A stretch of DNA of 64,000 nt from Vicinamibacteraceae bacterium (lineage in GTDB: Bacteria > Acidobacteriota > Thermoanaerobaculia > Multivoradales > Multivoraceae): the NCBI GenBank assembly GCA_012270995.1, contig JAAXHG010000122.1, forward strand, positions 8,841-72,840, in the 5' to 3' direction. Shown here piece by piece: positions 34,054-43,350 of the stretch (the first letter of the stretch is position 1; the number at the start of each line of letters is the position of its first letter). The notes beneath the pieces were generated by a model. That model had not been told where the DNA came from and made no database searches. It was given only the letters and a program-made list of their open reading frames with translations. The position numbers and the translations under genes are program-made.

Positions 34054-35079
34054 ATGAAGATGGACCGCAGACGTTTTCTGCAAACCGGCGCCGTGTTGGG
34101 CGCCGCCGCCGCTGCCGGCTGCATGGAGCGCGACGCCGGTTCCGGAGAAGAAGCGGCGCCGGCCGCCGAGACCACGGTCGAGCCCCTCTACCGGATCTCC
34201 CTGGCCGAGTGGTCCTACTTCCGCGAGCTGTTCGGCCCGTCGCTAAGCGCGCTGGCCGACGGCTCTTTCGGCGATGTCCTCGAGACCGATCCGCGCTCGC
34301 TCTACCAGGGCCAACTCGACCACCTGGACTTCCCGGCACGGGCCCGCGGCCTGGGCATCGAGGCGGTGGAGTACGTGAACACTTTCTTCTTCGACCGCGC
34401 CCGGGACGGGGAGTACCTGGCGGACCTCAAGTCGCGCTGCGACGGCGAAGGGGTGACCAGCCTGCTCATCATGTGCGACGCCGAAGGCGACATCGGGGAT
34501 CCCGATGCCGCGGCCCGCACGCAAACGGTCGAGAATCACCACAAGTGGGTCGAGGCGGCGGCGTTCCTCGGCTGTCACTCGGTGCGGGTCAACGCCGCCA
34601 GTGCGGGGTCCTTCGAGGAGCAGCAGAAACTGGCCGCGGACGGCCTGCGCCAGTTGTGCGAGTACGCCGACGCCTACGGCATCGACATCCTGGTCGAGAA
34701 CCACGGCGGCATCTCGAGCAACGGCGAGTGGCTGGCCGGCACGCTCGCCATGGTCGATCACGCGCGGATCGGATCCTTGCCGGACTTCGGCAACTTCCGG
34801 GTCTCCGAGGAGCCCGAAGAGTGGTACGACAGGTACGAGGGCGTCACCGAGCTGATGCCGTTCGCCCGCGCGGTCAGCGCCAAGAGCTACGACTTCGACG
34901 GGAACGGCGACGAGACTACGATCGACTACGAGCAGATGATGCGGATCGTCCTTGATGCCGGTTATCGGGGCTGGGTCGGCATCGAGTTCGAGGGCCGGAT
35001 GGGGGCCGACGCCGGGATCGTCAAAACGAAGGAACTGCTCGAACGGCTGCGCGACGAGTTGGCGCCCGAGTACGCCTGA
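34054..35079 (+). CDS. Tat-signal sugar phosphate isomerase/epimerase (xylose isomerase-like TIM barrel)
   Basis: The start was moved to ATG 34054. The twin-arginine signal reads 'MKMDRRRFLQTGAVLGAAAAAGC'. The TIM-barrel pattern includes 'VRVNA', 'ILVENHGG' and 'GWVGIEFEG'. Confidence 0.8.
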   Translation: MKMDRRRFLQTGAVLGAAAAAGCMERDAGSGEEAAPAAETTVEPLYRISLAEWSYFRELFGPSLSALADGSFGDVLETDPRSLYQGQLDHLDFPARARGLGIEAVEYVNTFFFDRARDGEYLADLKSRCDGEGVTSLLIMCDAEGDIGDPDAAARTQTVENHHKWVEAAAFLGCHSVRVNAASAGSFEEQQKLAADGLRQLCEYADAYGIDILVENHGGISSNGEWLAGTLAMVDHARIGSLPDFGNFRVSEEPEEWYDRYEGVTELMPFARAVSAKSYDFDGNGDETTIDYEQMMRIVLDAGYRGWVGIEFEGRMGADAGIVKTKELLERLRDELAPEYA

Positions 35080-35090
35080 CCACTGGGTGC

Positions 35091-35108
35091 GCCGGCGTCC
35101 TCGCCGGC
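35091..35108. terminator. Short GC hairpin between convergent genes (possible bidirectional terminator)
   Basis: GCCGGCG-tcct-CGCCGGC (7-bp stem) lies between the stops at 35079 (+) and 35144 (-). There is no clear U-tract. Confidence 0.3.
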
Positions 35109-35143
35109 ATCAAGCGCGAGCAGCGAAGCGGCGAGCCCGAACC

Positions 35144-36604
35144 CTACGCCGGAAGACGCACGCTGGCCTCCGCGTGCGAGCCCGTCGGCGGCGCGTCCTC
35201 CGCCTCGAACACGCGCCCGGGGTTGAGGATGCCTCTCGGGTCGAGAGTCCGCTTGAGCGTCTTCATCAGGGCGATCTCCTCGCGGGTGCGACTGCGGCCC
35301 AGGTGTGCCCGCTTCTCGAAGCCGATCCCGTGCTCGGCCGACACCGAGCCGCCGATCGGCTCGAGGTGCCCGTACACGATGTCCTCCACCGCGCTCCGCG
35401 CCTCGGGAGAGCCGTCGCCGACGGCGACGACGACGTGCAGGTTGCCGTCGCCCAGGTGGCCGAAGACGACGCATTGGCTCTCCGGCCAGCGTTCGGTCAG
35501 GGCGGCCTTGATCCCGGCGACGTAGCTCTCCATGTCGGCGATCCGGAGGCTGACGTCGAAGGTGAAGATCGGCGCCAGGTGGTTGAGCTGCTCGACGTCG
35601 TCGCGCAGGGCCCAGATCTCGTCGCGCTCGGCCCTGGACCGGCCGAGCACGGCGTCGCCGATCAGGCCGGCTTCCATGCACTCGCCGAGCGTCTCCTCGA
35701 ACTGCGCCGCGTCCTGCTCAGGCCGGGCGCCGAGCGACTCGACCAGCACGTAGTAGGGGTCGCCGTGCGGAATCGGGGGCGCCGTCCTCGCTTGCGGGCC
35801 GGTGACCAGCTCGTAGAACTCGCGCCACATGACCTCGAAGGCGCTCATCGAGCCGCCGATCTCCTCTTCCAGCCGGCGTAGCAGCTCGACCACTTCGGTG
35901 AAGCCCGGAACCGCGAGCAGGGCGCAGTCGTGGCTGCGGGGCCGCCGCTCCAGCCGCAGGACGACGCGGGTGACGATTCCGAGGGTGCCCTCGGAGCCAA
36001 CGAAGAGGTGTTTCAGGTCGTAGCCCGCGTTGTTCTTGACCATCTTGTTCAGGCTGGAGAGCACCGTGCCGTCGGCCAGCACGACCTCCAGGCCGAGCAC
36101 CGAATCGCGGGTCATGCCGTAGCGGATCGTCCGGTTGCCGCCGGCGTTGGTCGCCACGTTGCCGCCGATCGTGCACGAGCCGCGGGCGCCGAGGTCGAGC
36201 GGGAAGAGCAGCCCCTCCGCCTCGGCGGCCTCCTGAATGCTCTGCAGCGCGGCGCCGGCCTGAACCGTCATCGTCCTGCCCACGGGATCGATCTCCTCGA
36301 TCGCCGTCATCCGTTCGAGGGTGATCGCGACTTCCAGGTCAGAGGCTGTGCCGCCGCCGACGAGACCGGTCAGTCCGCCCTGCGGCACCACCGGCTGGTT
36401 GGCGCCGTGACAGGCCGCGAGAGCGGCCGAGAGCTGCTCCGTCGTGCGTGGACGAAGCATCGCCCGGGCAACGCAGGGAACGGTGCCCGAGCCGTCGCCG
36501 GCCCTCGCCGTCACCTCGTCGCCGACGAGGAGGCCGTCATCCCCGAGAGCGTCGCGGAGTTCGGCGAGAAGGGCGTCGCTGCTGTTCGGGTCGGAATCGG
36601 TCAT
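35144..36604 (-). CDS. FAD-linked oxidase (GlcD/D-lactate dehydrogenase family)
   Basis: 486 aa. The FAD_binding_4 region includes 'VVPQGGLTGLVGG' and 'GNVATNAGGNRTIRYG'. The C-terminus 'GGSVSAEHGIG..K' is typical of the family. Confidence 0.85.
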   Translation of the reverse strand: MTDSDPNSSDALLAELRDALGDDGLLVGDEVTARAGDGSGTVPCVARAMLRPRTTEQLSAALAACHGANQPVVPQGGLTGLVGGGTASDLEVAITLERMTAIEEIDPVGRTMTVQAGAALQSIQEAAEAEGLLFPLDLGARGSCTIGGNVATNAGGNRTIRYGMTRDSVLGLEVVLADGTVLSSLNKMVKNNAGYDLKHLFVGSEGTLGIVTRVVLRLERRPRSHDCALLAVPGFTEVVELLRRLEEEIGGSMSAFEVMWREFYELVTGPQARTAPPIPHGDPYYVLVESLGARPEQDAAQFEETLGECMEAGLIGDAVLGRSRAERDEIWALRDDVEQLNHLAPIFTFDVSLRIADMESYVAGIKAALTERWPESQCVVFGHLGDGNLHVVVAVGDGSPEARSAVEDIVYGHLEPIGGSVSAEHGIGFEKRAHLGRSRTREEIALMKTLKRTLDPRGILNPGRVFEAEDAPPTGSHAEASVRLPA

Positions 36605-36707
36605 TGCGCGCCTGGGATCGAGAGAGACGACGGCGGATCATACCGACCCGAAGGTCGCCCCCGCCCGTATCCCGTGCGGCCATCCATGTCACGGAGGGCC
36701 GGACTTC

Positions 36708-37463
36708 TCAATGGCGCCAGTTCTCGTGGGTCAGCGGTGCGCGATTGAGTTCCTCGCGCAGGCTTCGCCAGTGCGGCAGCAGCGCGTCCATCCGCCCCAT
36801 GAACTGCTCGTCGTGCCGTCGCTCGAAGAAGTGGACCATCTCGTGGACGAGTACGTACTCCAGGCACCGCGGCGGCTTCTTCGCGAGCTCCAGGTTCAGC
36901 CAGATTCGCCGGGCCTTCGGGTTGCAGCTGCCCCAGAGGGTCTTCATCCGACGGATGCGGACCTCCGCGACCTCGCGGCCCACTCTCGGCTCCCATGTGT
37001 GGAGCAACGACGGTACCTGCGCCCGGAGCTCGCTCCGATACCAGCGATCGAGCGCGGCGGCGCGCGCGTGCCAGTCGCTCCCCGGACGGACCCGCAGTTC
37101 GATCCGCCGTCCTCGGGTCAGTCGCGCGGCCGGCTTGCCCGGCGCCTCGACCACGCACAGGCGATACCGGTTCCCTCGGAACCAGTGGCTCTCGCCGGTC
37201 ACTAGCTCGCGCCGCGACTGCCGCGCCTGCTTCCGGAAGGCCGCCTGCTTGCGGCGAATCCAGGAGAGGCGCGCGGCGAGCACCGCCCGAACGACATCAT
37301 CGTCTACCCGAAACGGCGCGGAGACGCGCACCCGCCCGTCCGGCGGGCACACGGCCAAGTGGATGTGCTTGATCCGCTTGCGGACGACGTCGACCGGGAT
37401 TCCGGCGACCTCGATCGCCGCCGGGTTGTTGCCGAAGCCGGGTTGGTCGAGATCAGTAGTCAT
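36708..37463 (-). CDS. M48/YgjP-like (DUF45) zinc metallopeptidase, type I R-M associated
   Basis: 251 aa with 'LEYVLVHEMVHFFERRHDEQF' (HExxH). Its start overlaps the 3' end of hsdR, the arrangement commonly seen downstream of hsdR. Confidence 0.8.
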   Translation of the reverse strand: MTTDLDQPGFGNNPAAIEVAGIPVDVVRKRIKHIHLAVCPPDGRVRVSAPFRVDDDVVRAVLAARLSWIRRKQAAFRKQARQSRRELVTGESHWFRGNRYRLCVVEAPGKPAARLTRGRRIELRVRPGSDWHARAAALDRWYRSELRAQVPSLLHTWEPRVGREVAEVRIRRMKTLWGSCNPKARRIWLNLELAKKPPRCLEYVLVHEMVHFFERRHDEQFMGRMDALLPHWRSLREELNRAPLTHENWRH

Positions 37464-39316
37464 CCTGCGCCTTGACCAGTTCCAGGAGATCGTCGGCGCG
37501 GCCGTCGGTCGGATCGCCGATCGCCTCCAGGATCGCCAGCTTGATCTTGCGCTCCTTCATCACGTTGCCGCGCCAGTCCGCCATGGCGGCGCTCCGGACG
37601 GACTGGTCGATCCGCATTGGCCAGCCGTTGCCGTAGCTCGTCGTTGTCGCCGCCGAGATTGTCGTACAGGGCCCGAAGCGCCGCGGTGTCGATCCCGTCG
37701 GGATACGCCTCGTCCCTTGGCCGGGCCACTTGCTTCGCCAGTTCCTCGATCCGCTGGAGGTACTCCCGGTAGTCCAGCGCCTCCTTCCGCCGCTGCTCGA
37801 CCAGGTCGTTCAGGAGCGTCGACATCTTCGCGTAGTACTTCGGATTGACCGCCGTCTCGTCCACGATCAGCCGCCGCACATTGTTCTCGATCGTCTCGGC
37901 GACGGCCTCCTCGCTATTCCCGACGTCCTTCGGCAGCGCCGTCACCAGGGTGCCCGCCCCGTGCTCGACGAGCATCTCGACGACGCCCATCTCGTCGAAG
38001 GCGGAGACCTTCACGCTCCCCTCGGCACGGAGGTACGTGTCGAGCAGGTGCCTCATCGCCGGCTCGAAGACCTTCATGTCAAGGTAGTCGCCGCTCGCGA
38101 GCTTCACTTCCTGGCGGACCTTCTCGTAGTGGTCGATCTCCTCGCGGATCTGACCGCTGTCGGCCTCGGAGTAGCCCGCGGCTGCCGTCTCGTTCGCCAG
38201 ATTCGCCCAGGCGCGGACGCAGCGAGCGACCGCGCGGTAGAACGTCACGCGCCGCTTCGCGTGGCCTTCGTCGCCACCGCCCTGGTCAGCGGCTGCGCAG
38301 AACCAGCGGATGTAGGACGCCGTGTCGCGCGGCGGGTCGACCGGTTCGCAGAGTGCCTTGACGGTCTCGCGCGCCTCCTCCAGATGTTCCCGGGCGAGCT
38401 TCAGGCGGTTCTTGAGCAGGCCGGCCACGTCGCCGGTCTCGAAGCTCGCGAATGCCGCGCCGGTGTAGTCGTCGACGGCCCGTTCCAAGGACCGGAAGAG
38501 GTCCTTGTAATCGACGACGTAGCCGTACTCCTTGTCTGCTCCGTCCAGCCTGTTCACCCTGCAGATCGCCTGGAACAGGCCGTGATCGCGCATCTTCTTG
38601 TCGATGTAGAGGTAGGTGGCGGACGGGGCGTCGAGTCGGCCGAGTTCCAGCAGCAGGGGGTTGGTCCCGTCGACAGGGTTTCCGGCGGCTTCCTTCCAGC
38701 GCAGCCAGTGCTTCTCCGGAGTCTCGATCGCCCCGTACCGGAGACCCTCCGTCTCGTTGCCGGCCAGGACGAGCTGCACCGTCGTGAAGAAGTGCCCGAT
38801 GAAGTCCTTCTTCTGGCTGTCGAGGTTCTGCCTGATGCCGTGCGTCACGGAGATGGTCGACCGCTTGAGTTCCAGGACGGCCAGCGCGATGCCGTTCACG
38901 TAGAGCACGAGGTCCGGGCGTTTGCTCCGCTTTCCGGCGATCGCGACCTCCTCGGCGACGGCGAAGTCGTTGCGGTCGGGGTTCCTCCAGTCGATCAACC
39001 AGACCGTCTCGTGGTTCTCGCCGACTCCCGGCTTGACCTTCACGCCGTACCTGAGGAGCCCGTAGACCTCGCGGTTCGCTTCGTAGAGCGTCTGGGCGCC
39101 TCCGACACAGGCGGCCCCGCGGAGCTTCTCCAGCGCTTTCCCCGCGAGCCCGTGCGCCAAGTCTCGATTCGCGAGCCAGGCCCGTAGGCGATCTTCTTCG
39201 ACGTTCGCGTTGCCCTCGCGGCTCCTCCAGTGGCCCAGGTAGTCGTAGCCGAGCTGCTGGAGGTGGACGATCACGCGCTTCTGGGTTCTGCTTTCCCGCT
39301 GGCCGACGACGGTCAT
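37453..39316 (-). pseudogene. hsdR: Type I restriction enzyme R subunit, lacking the helicase motor domain and frameshifted near the 3' end
   Basis: The N-terminal nuclease domain is present ('PDLVLYVNGIALAVLELKRS'). At about residue 227 (near 38635) the sequence jumps directly to helicase motif VI ('LDAPSATYLYIDKKMRDHGLFQAICRVNRL'), so no DEAD/motif I-V region remains. The typical C-terminus 'IDQSVRSAAMADWRGNVMKERKIKLAILEAIG..LLELVKAQDDY*' is in another frame from about 37620. Confidence 0.75.
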
Positions 39317-39338
39317 CTCGCTGGAAGCCGTGCGGGTC

Positions 39339-40089
39339 TCACGGCCGCACCTCCCATCGGCCCGACGTCGACGAGCCGGTCCGACGGATGAGGCCGGCGG
39401 CCTTCAGCACTTTGATGTGGTACTTGACCCCGTTCCTTGTCAGGCCCACTCGTTCGGCGAGTTCGCGCTGGGTCAACTGCGGCTCGGCTTTCGACAAGGC
39501 CAGGATGTTCTCTCTCGCGGACGTCGGGGTAGTGGCCGGGGTAGTCGGGGTAGTGGTCGGGGTAGCGATCGGGGTAGTCGGGGCGGTGATCGGGGCAGTC
39601 TCGCCGCCCGGGCGAGTCTCACTGGTCGCCGCGCGGTGCGCGGTGTCCGCGGCGCGGTACTCAGCCGAGAACGGGAATCTCAGCCACAGGCCGTCGCTTC
39701 CCGGTTCCAGTTCCCAGACGGGCTGAGGGTTCCTGCCTCCTCGCACAGATCGAGAATCCGTTCGATGCCTCGGCCCCATGCTTCGATCAACCCGGCCCTG
39801 AAGAACGCGTAGGCGATGAGAGGGTTGTGCGGCTTCGACGCCAGCTTTCCAAGTACACCTTGCCCGACTTCGACCTCAGATTGACTTCCGCGACGATGCC
39901 GAGCAGGGATTGGACCTTGTTCGGGATGTCCTCGAGCAGCCGCAGGGGATCCTCGAGGCCGACGACCTTGCCCCGATCGTTCTTGCCGATCTCGAGTACG
40001 CCGCCCCGGGCGTTCGCGAAGCCGCAGATCCACTTCAGGTGTTCGTCCCGCCAGGACCGCTTCCACTCCCTGGTCTGGGACTCAGGCAT
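39339..40089 (-). pseudogene. AlbA_2/Schlafen-type DNA-binding protein (RecG-like 'putative transcriptional regulator'), internally deleted and frameshifted
   Basis: Three frames each carry a piece. The AlbA_2 N-terminus is 'ESQTREWKRSWRDEHLKWICGFANARGGVLEIGKND' (39787-40089). The second piece is 'NPLIAYAFFRAGLIEAWGRGIERILDLCEEAG'. The third is 'PQPVWELEPGSDGLWLRFPF', followed by a Thr/Pro linker and a wHTH ('LTQRELAERVGLTRNGVKYHIKVLKAAGLIRR'). Confidence 0.65.
39524..39600 (-). repeat. Degenerate 9-12-nt tandem repeat encoding a Thr/Pro linker
   Basis: GGGGTAGTSGNC-like units occur about 7 times. On the minus strand they translate to 'TAPITAPTTPIATPTTTPTTPATTPT'. This is coding low complexity, not a CRISPR. 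Confidence 0.8.
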
Positions 40090-40666
40090 CCGCGGCCTCT
40101 CTGTCGCGGTCAGCGGCTTCGGGCGTCCGGGGCAGGCGGATGCAACCGGTCAGGAGTTGCTGCATCATTCCTCGCTTGACCGCCCGCAACTTCTCGACTC
40201 GCTGCGCCAGCGCTTCGATCTCGTCGTCCATGTCCGCCAGTACGGTCGCGATGGCACGCTGCTCCGGCAATGGTGGCAGTTCCACGGTGATTCGGGACAG
40301 CGCCGCGACCCCGATGTGGACCACCGCGTCCCCCTGCCCAAGGCTCGCCTTCTGCCTTGCGACCGGGGGAGCGTTCAATGCGTAGCCCAGGAATAGAGGC
40401 AGCGCCTCGTCCTGGCGGAGAACGAGAATGTCGCCGCCTGCGTACGCCTCCTCCGATCCGACATATGCGGCCGACCGTCCGATGTCCTCCTTCGTCTCGC
40501 CGGAGGCGGCGAAGACCACGTCGCCCGTTCTGAGACCGGTCGCGCCCTCCGCGACCTCTGGAGAAATCCAGGAGTGGAACTCGCGGATGCAGTCGGAATG
40601 CACGGTGTACAGCTCGCCGTACCTGATGCAGGGCAGCGCGCCTGTCTGGGTCTCGGCTCTCGACAC
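40082..40666 (-). CDS. hsdS: Type I R-M specificity subunit, distal half (TRD2 + distal conserved region)
   Basis: 194 aa from a GTG start. It carries 'ALPCIRYGELY' and the conserved region 'LPPLPEQRAIATVLADMDDEIEALAQRVEKLRAVKRGMMQQLLTG'. The same frame stays open upstream through the (CT)19 repeat. Confidence 0.8.
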   Translation of the reverse strand: MSRAETQTGALPCIRYGELYTVHSDCIREFHSWISPEVAEGATGLRTGDVVFAASGETKEDIGRSAAYVGSEEAYAGGDILVLRQDEALPLFLGYALNAPPVARQKASLGQGDAVVHIGVAALSRITVELPPLPEQRAIATVLADMDDEIEALAQRVEKLRAVKRGMMQQLLTGCIRLPRTPEAADRDREAADA

Positions 40667-40670
40667 GCCG

Positions 40671-41410
<740 letters not shown>

Positions 41411-41420
<10 letters not shown>

Positions 41421-42548
41421 GCCTGCCCCATTTTGAGCAAGTGATTGGAGACCCTCGCCCGGAGGCGTTCGCTCCGCTGGACGAGGGCCGGGAGCGGCTG
41501 CGCGTAACGAACGTCAAGCGTCTGAACGCGGCTTATCCGAGGGCCGGGAGCCCCCAGAGAAGCCCCCGCAACGGCGCGCCTGCCGACGTCGAGCCACTTG
41601 CCTTCAGCGAGCAAGTCCCTGCTCTTGTCGTCGTCGAGGCTCTGGTATGCGGACAGGAGCGCATGCTGAAGGGCATCCCGTTCCTCGGCCAGATGACTCT
41701 TGACACGGATTGTCAGACCTGATCGACGGAGCCAGTCGCGGAGGACGTCTAGTTCGCGGAAGAAGCCATCTGGGTCTTCTGTCCCTTCAGGCCACGGGTC
41801 CGTAGCGAACGTTCTCTTCCTGATGTCGACTGCTTGCCGGTACTGCCTCGTGTCAGAGGCGAAGGTCCTCATGACCGCCTCGCGCAGCTCCGTTACCCGC
41901 TTCTCCACGTTGCCCTTGGTGATGCCGCTCTTTCCTTCCAGGCCGGCAAGAGCGCCGTCGTCGCCTGCCTCTGCTTCCTCCAGTTCCATGCGGTCGGCTT
42001 CGGTTCGGGAGTGCTGCGCTTCGAGGCGATCGATTTTGGCCTTCCGATCCGGGAAGAACCGTTCGATCAGCACCGAGGCCGGAATCAGGTCGGCGACACA
42101 CTTCCTGGCCTTTTTGGCCCCTGCCGAGCACGAGGTTCCTCGCGGCGGCGCGCGAACACGTCGACGATGCGGTGAATGTCGCGCTCGCGCAGGCGGTTCT
42201 TCGCACCGTCCTTCGCGAAACCCCGGCTTGCGTCCACGAGGAAGATGCCGGTGCGGGAGCGCGCGTTCTGCTTGTCGATGACCAGGATGCACGCGGGGAT
42301 GCCGGTGCCGTAGCTCTCGTCGTTGAAGTCGGCCTGGTCGATCACGCCCTTGAGGTCGTTCTCTTCGGCGAGCCTGGCGATGATCTTGTTCAGCCGGTCG
42401 CCGATCTCCTTGTCGCCCTTGCAGGCGATCATGTCGTCGAAGCCGCCGCCGTCCGGCACGACGACGACCTCGTTCGGCTTGCCCGCGTACCGATCGGACA
42501 CGTACTTCACGAAGAGCAGCGTCAGGACGTAGTCCTTGTACTGCGATG
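41411..42548 (-). pseudogene. hsdM: Type I R-M methyltransferase subunit lacking the catalytic core, frameshifted
   Basis: The HsdM_N part reads '..SSQYKDYVLTLLFVKYVSDRYAG..IGDRLNKIIARLAEENDLKGVIDQADFNDES'. It then jumps at about 42315 to the post-catalytic 'YGTGIPACILVIDKQNARSRTGIFLVDASRGFAKDGAKNRLRERDIHRIVDVF', so no NPPF/SAM motifs remain. The C-terminal extension ('..AEGKWLDV..RYAQPLPALVQRSERLRARVSNHLLKMGQAW') is in another frame from about 42100. Confidence 0.7.
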
Positions 42549-42549
42549 A

Positions 42550-42775
42550 CGTGACCGCGGACGAAGCCGCGGGCGCGGGCGGCGGTCGGGCTCTCCTTGC
42601 TGAAGAGGAGCCACTCGTCGGCGCGGAAGGAGCGGTGGAACCAGAGAGCGTGGTCGAGGCTGGCTCCCTGGATTCGGTAGCCCTTCATCGACGGGCCGTG
42701 CGGCTGCATCGAGACGGCCATGAAGTCCAGGTCCGACATGTAGGCGAGGAAGGAGAGGTGGACGGCGCCGTTCAT
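42550..42775 (-). pseudogene. tesB: Internal fragment of acyl-CoA thioesterase II
   Basis: 'AVHLSFLAYMSDLDFMAVSMQPHGPSMKGYRIQGASLDHALWFHRSFRADEWLLFSKESPTAARARGFVRG' aligns with E. coli TesB residues ~195-270 ('YASDLNFLPVALQPHG..DHSMWFHRPF..EWLLY..ARGFVRG'). The N-terminal ~190 aa and the last ~15 aa are absent. Confidence 0.75.
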
Positions 42776-43350
42776 CGGTGCGGGATGGTAACGGTGCTGC
42801 GGAGCCAGTCGACGAGTGGGTCAAGGTCGGTGAACACGCGCGCGCCGGCCGCGGCCGCGGCGGTCGACTGGTCGCTGTCGCCGGGCGGCCGGTCGAAGAC
42901 AGCCAGGGGCCGCCCGTAGCGGAGCGACAGCTCGATCTCGCTCCAGGTGCCGGCGCTGCCCGGCAACGCGACGACGGCGTCGGCGGAGAGGACGTTGATG
43001 TGGTTGCGCGAGAACGGACCGGTGCCGGCCGCGCCGGACAGCGGTAGGTGGGTGCGGATCACGACCTCCACCCACGGGTTCGGGTAGCCGTCGGGCGAGC
43101 CGTCGCCGTCCTGCTGGCTCGGAACGACTCCAAGGCAGAGGCCCTCCCGGTTCCCGGTTTCGGCGAAGGCGCGGCTCGTGGCTGTCATCGTGCCCCGGCC
43201 CGCGCCGGTCAGCAGATGCCAGCCGTTCCCGGCGATCGCCCGGCCCAGGGGCGCGGCCAGATCCTCGTGGCTTTCGGTGCCCGAACCCATCACGCCGACG
43301 ATGGGGCGCCGCTCGACTACTGCGACTTGCCCCGGGCGCTGATCGGCCAC
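42772..43350 (-). CDS. LOG/TIGR00725-like (SLOG superfamily) Rossmann-fold protein
   Basis: This is the C-terminal ~190 codons of ORF 42772-44946: 'PIVGVMGSG', 'LLTGAGRGTM', 'ALPGSAGTWSE'. The start is uncertain; GTG 43350 is proposed, which overlaps the upstream gene by 34 nt. The rest of the 724-aa ORF is GC shadow. Confidence 0.55.
   Translation of the reverse strand: MADQRPGQVAVVERRPIVGVMGSGTESHEDLAAPLGRAIAGNGWHLLTGAGRGTMTATSRAFAETGNREGLCLGVVPSQQDGDGSPDGYPNPWVEVVIRTHLPLSGAAGTGPFSRNHINVLSADAVVALPGSAGTWSEIELSLRYGRPLAVFDRPPGDSDQSTAAAAAGARVFTDLDPLVDWLRSTVTIPHR

Noticed and set aside
39524-39600. Short periodic repeat that could be mistaken for a mini CRISPR or tandem array.
   Set aside because: The units are 9-12 nt, contiguous with no spacers, and translate in-frame to a Thr/Pro linker inside the AlbA_2-type gene.
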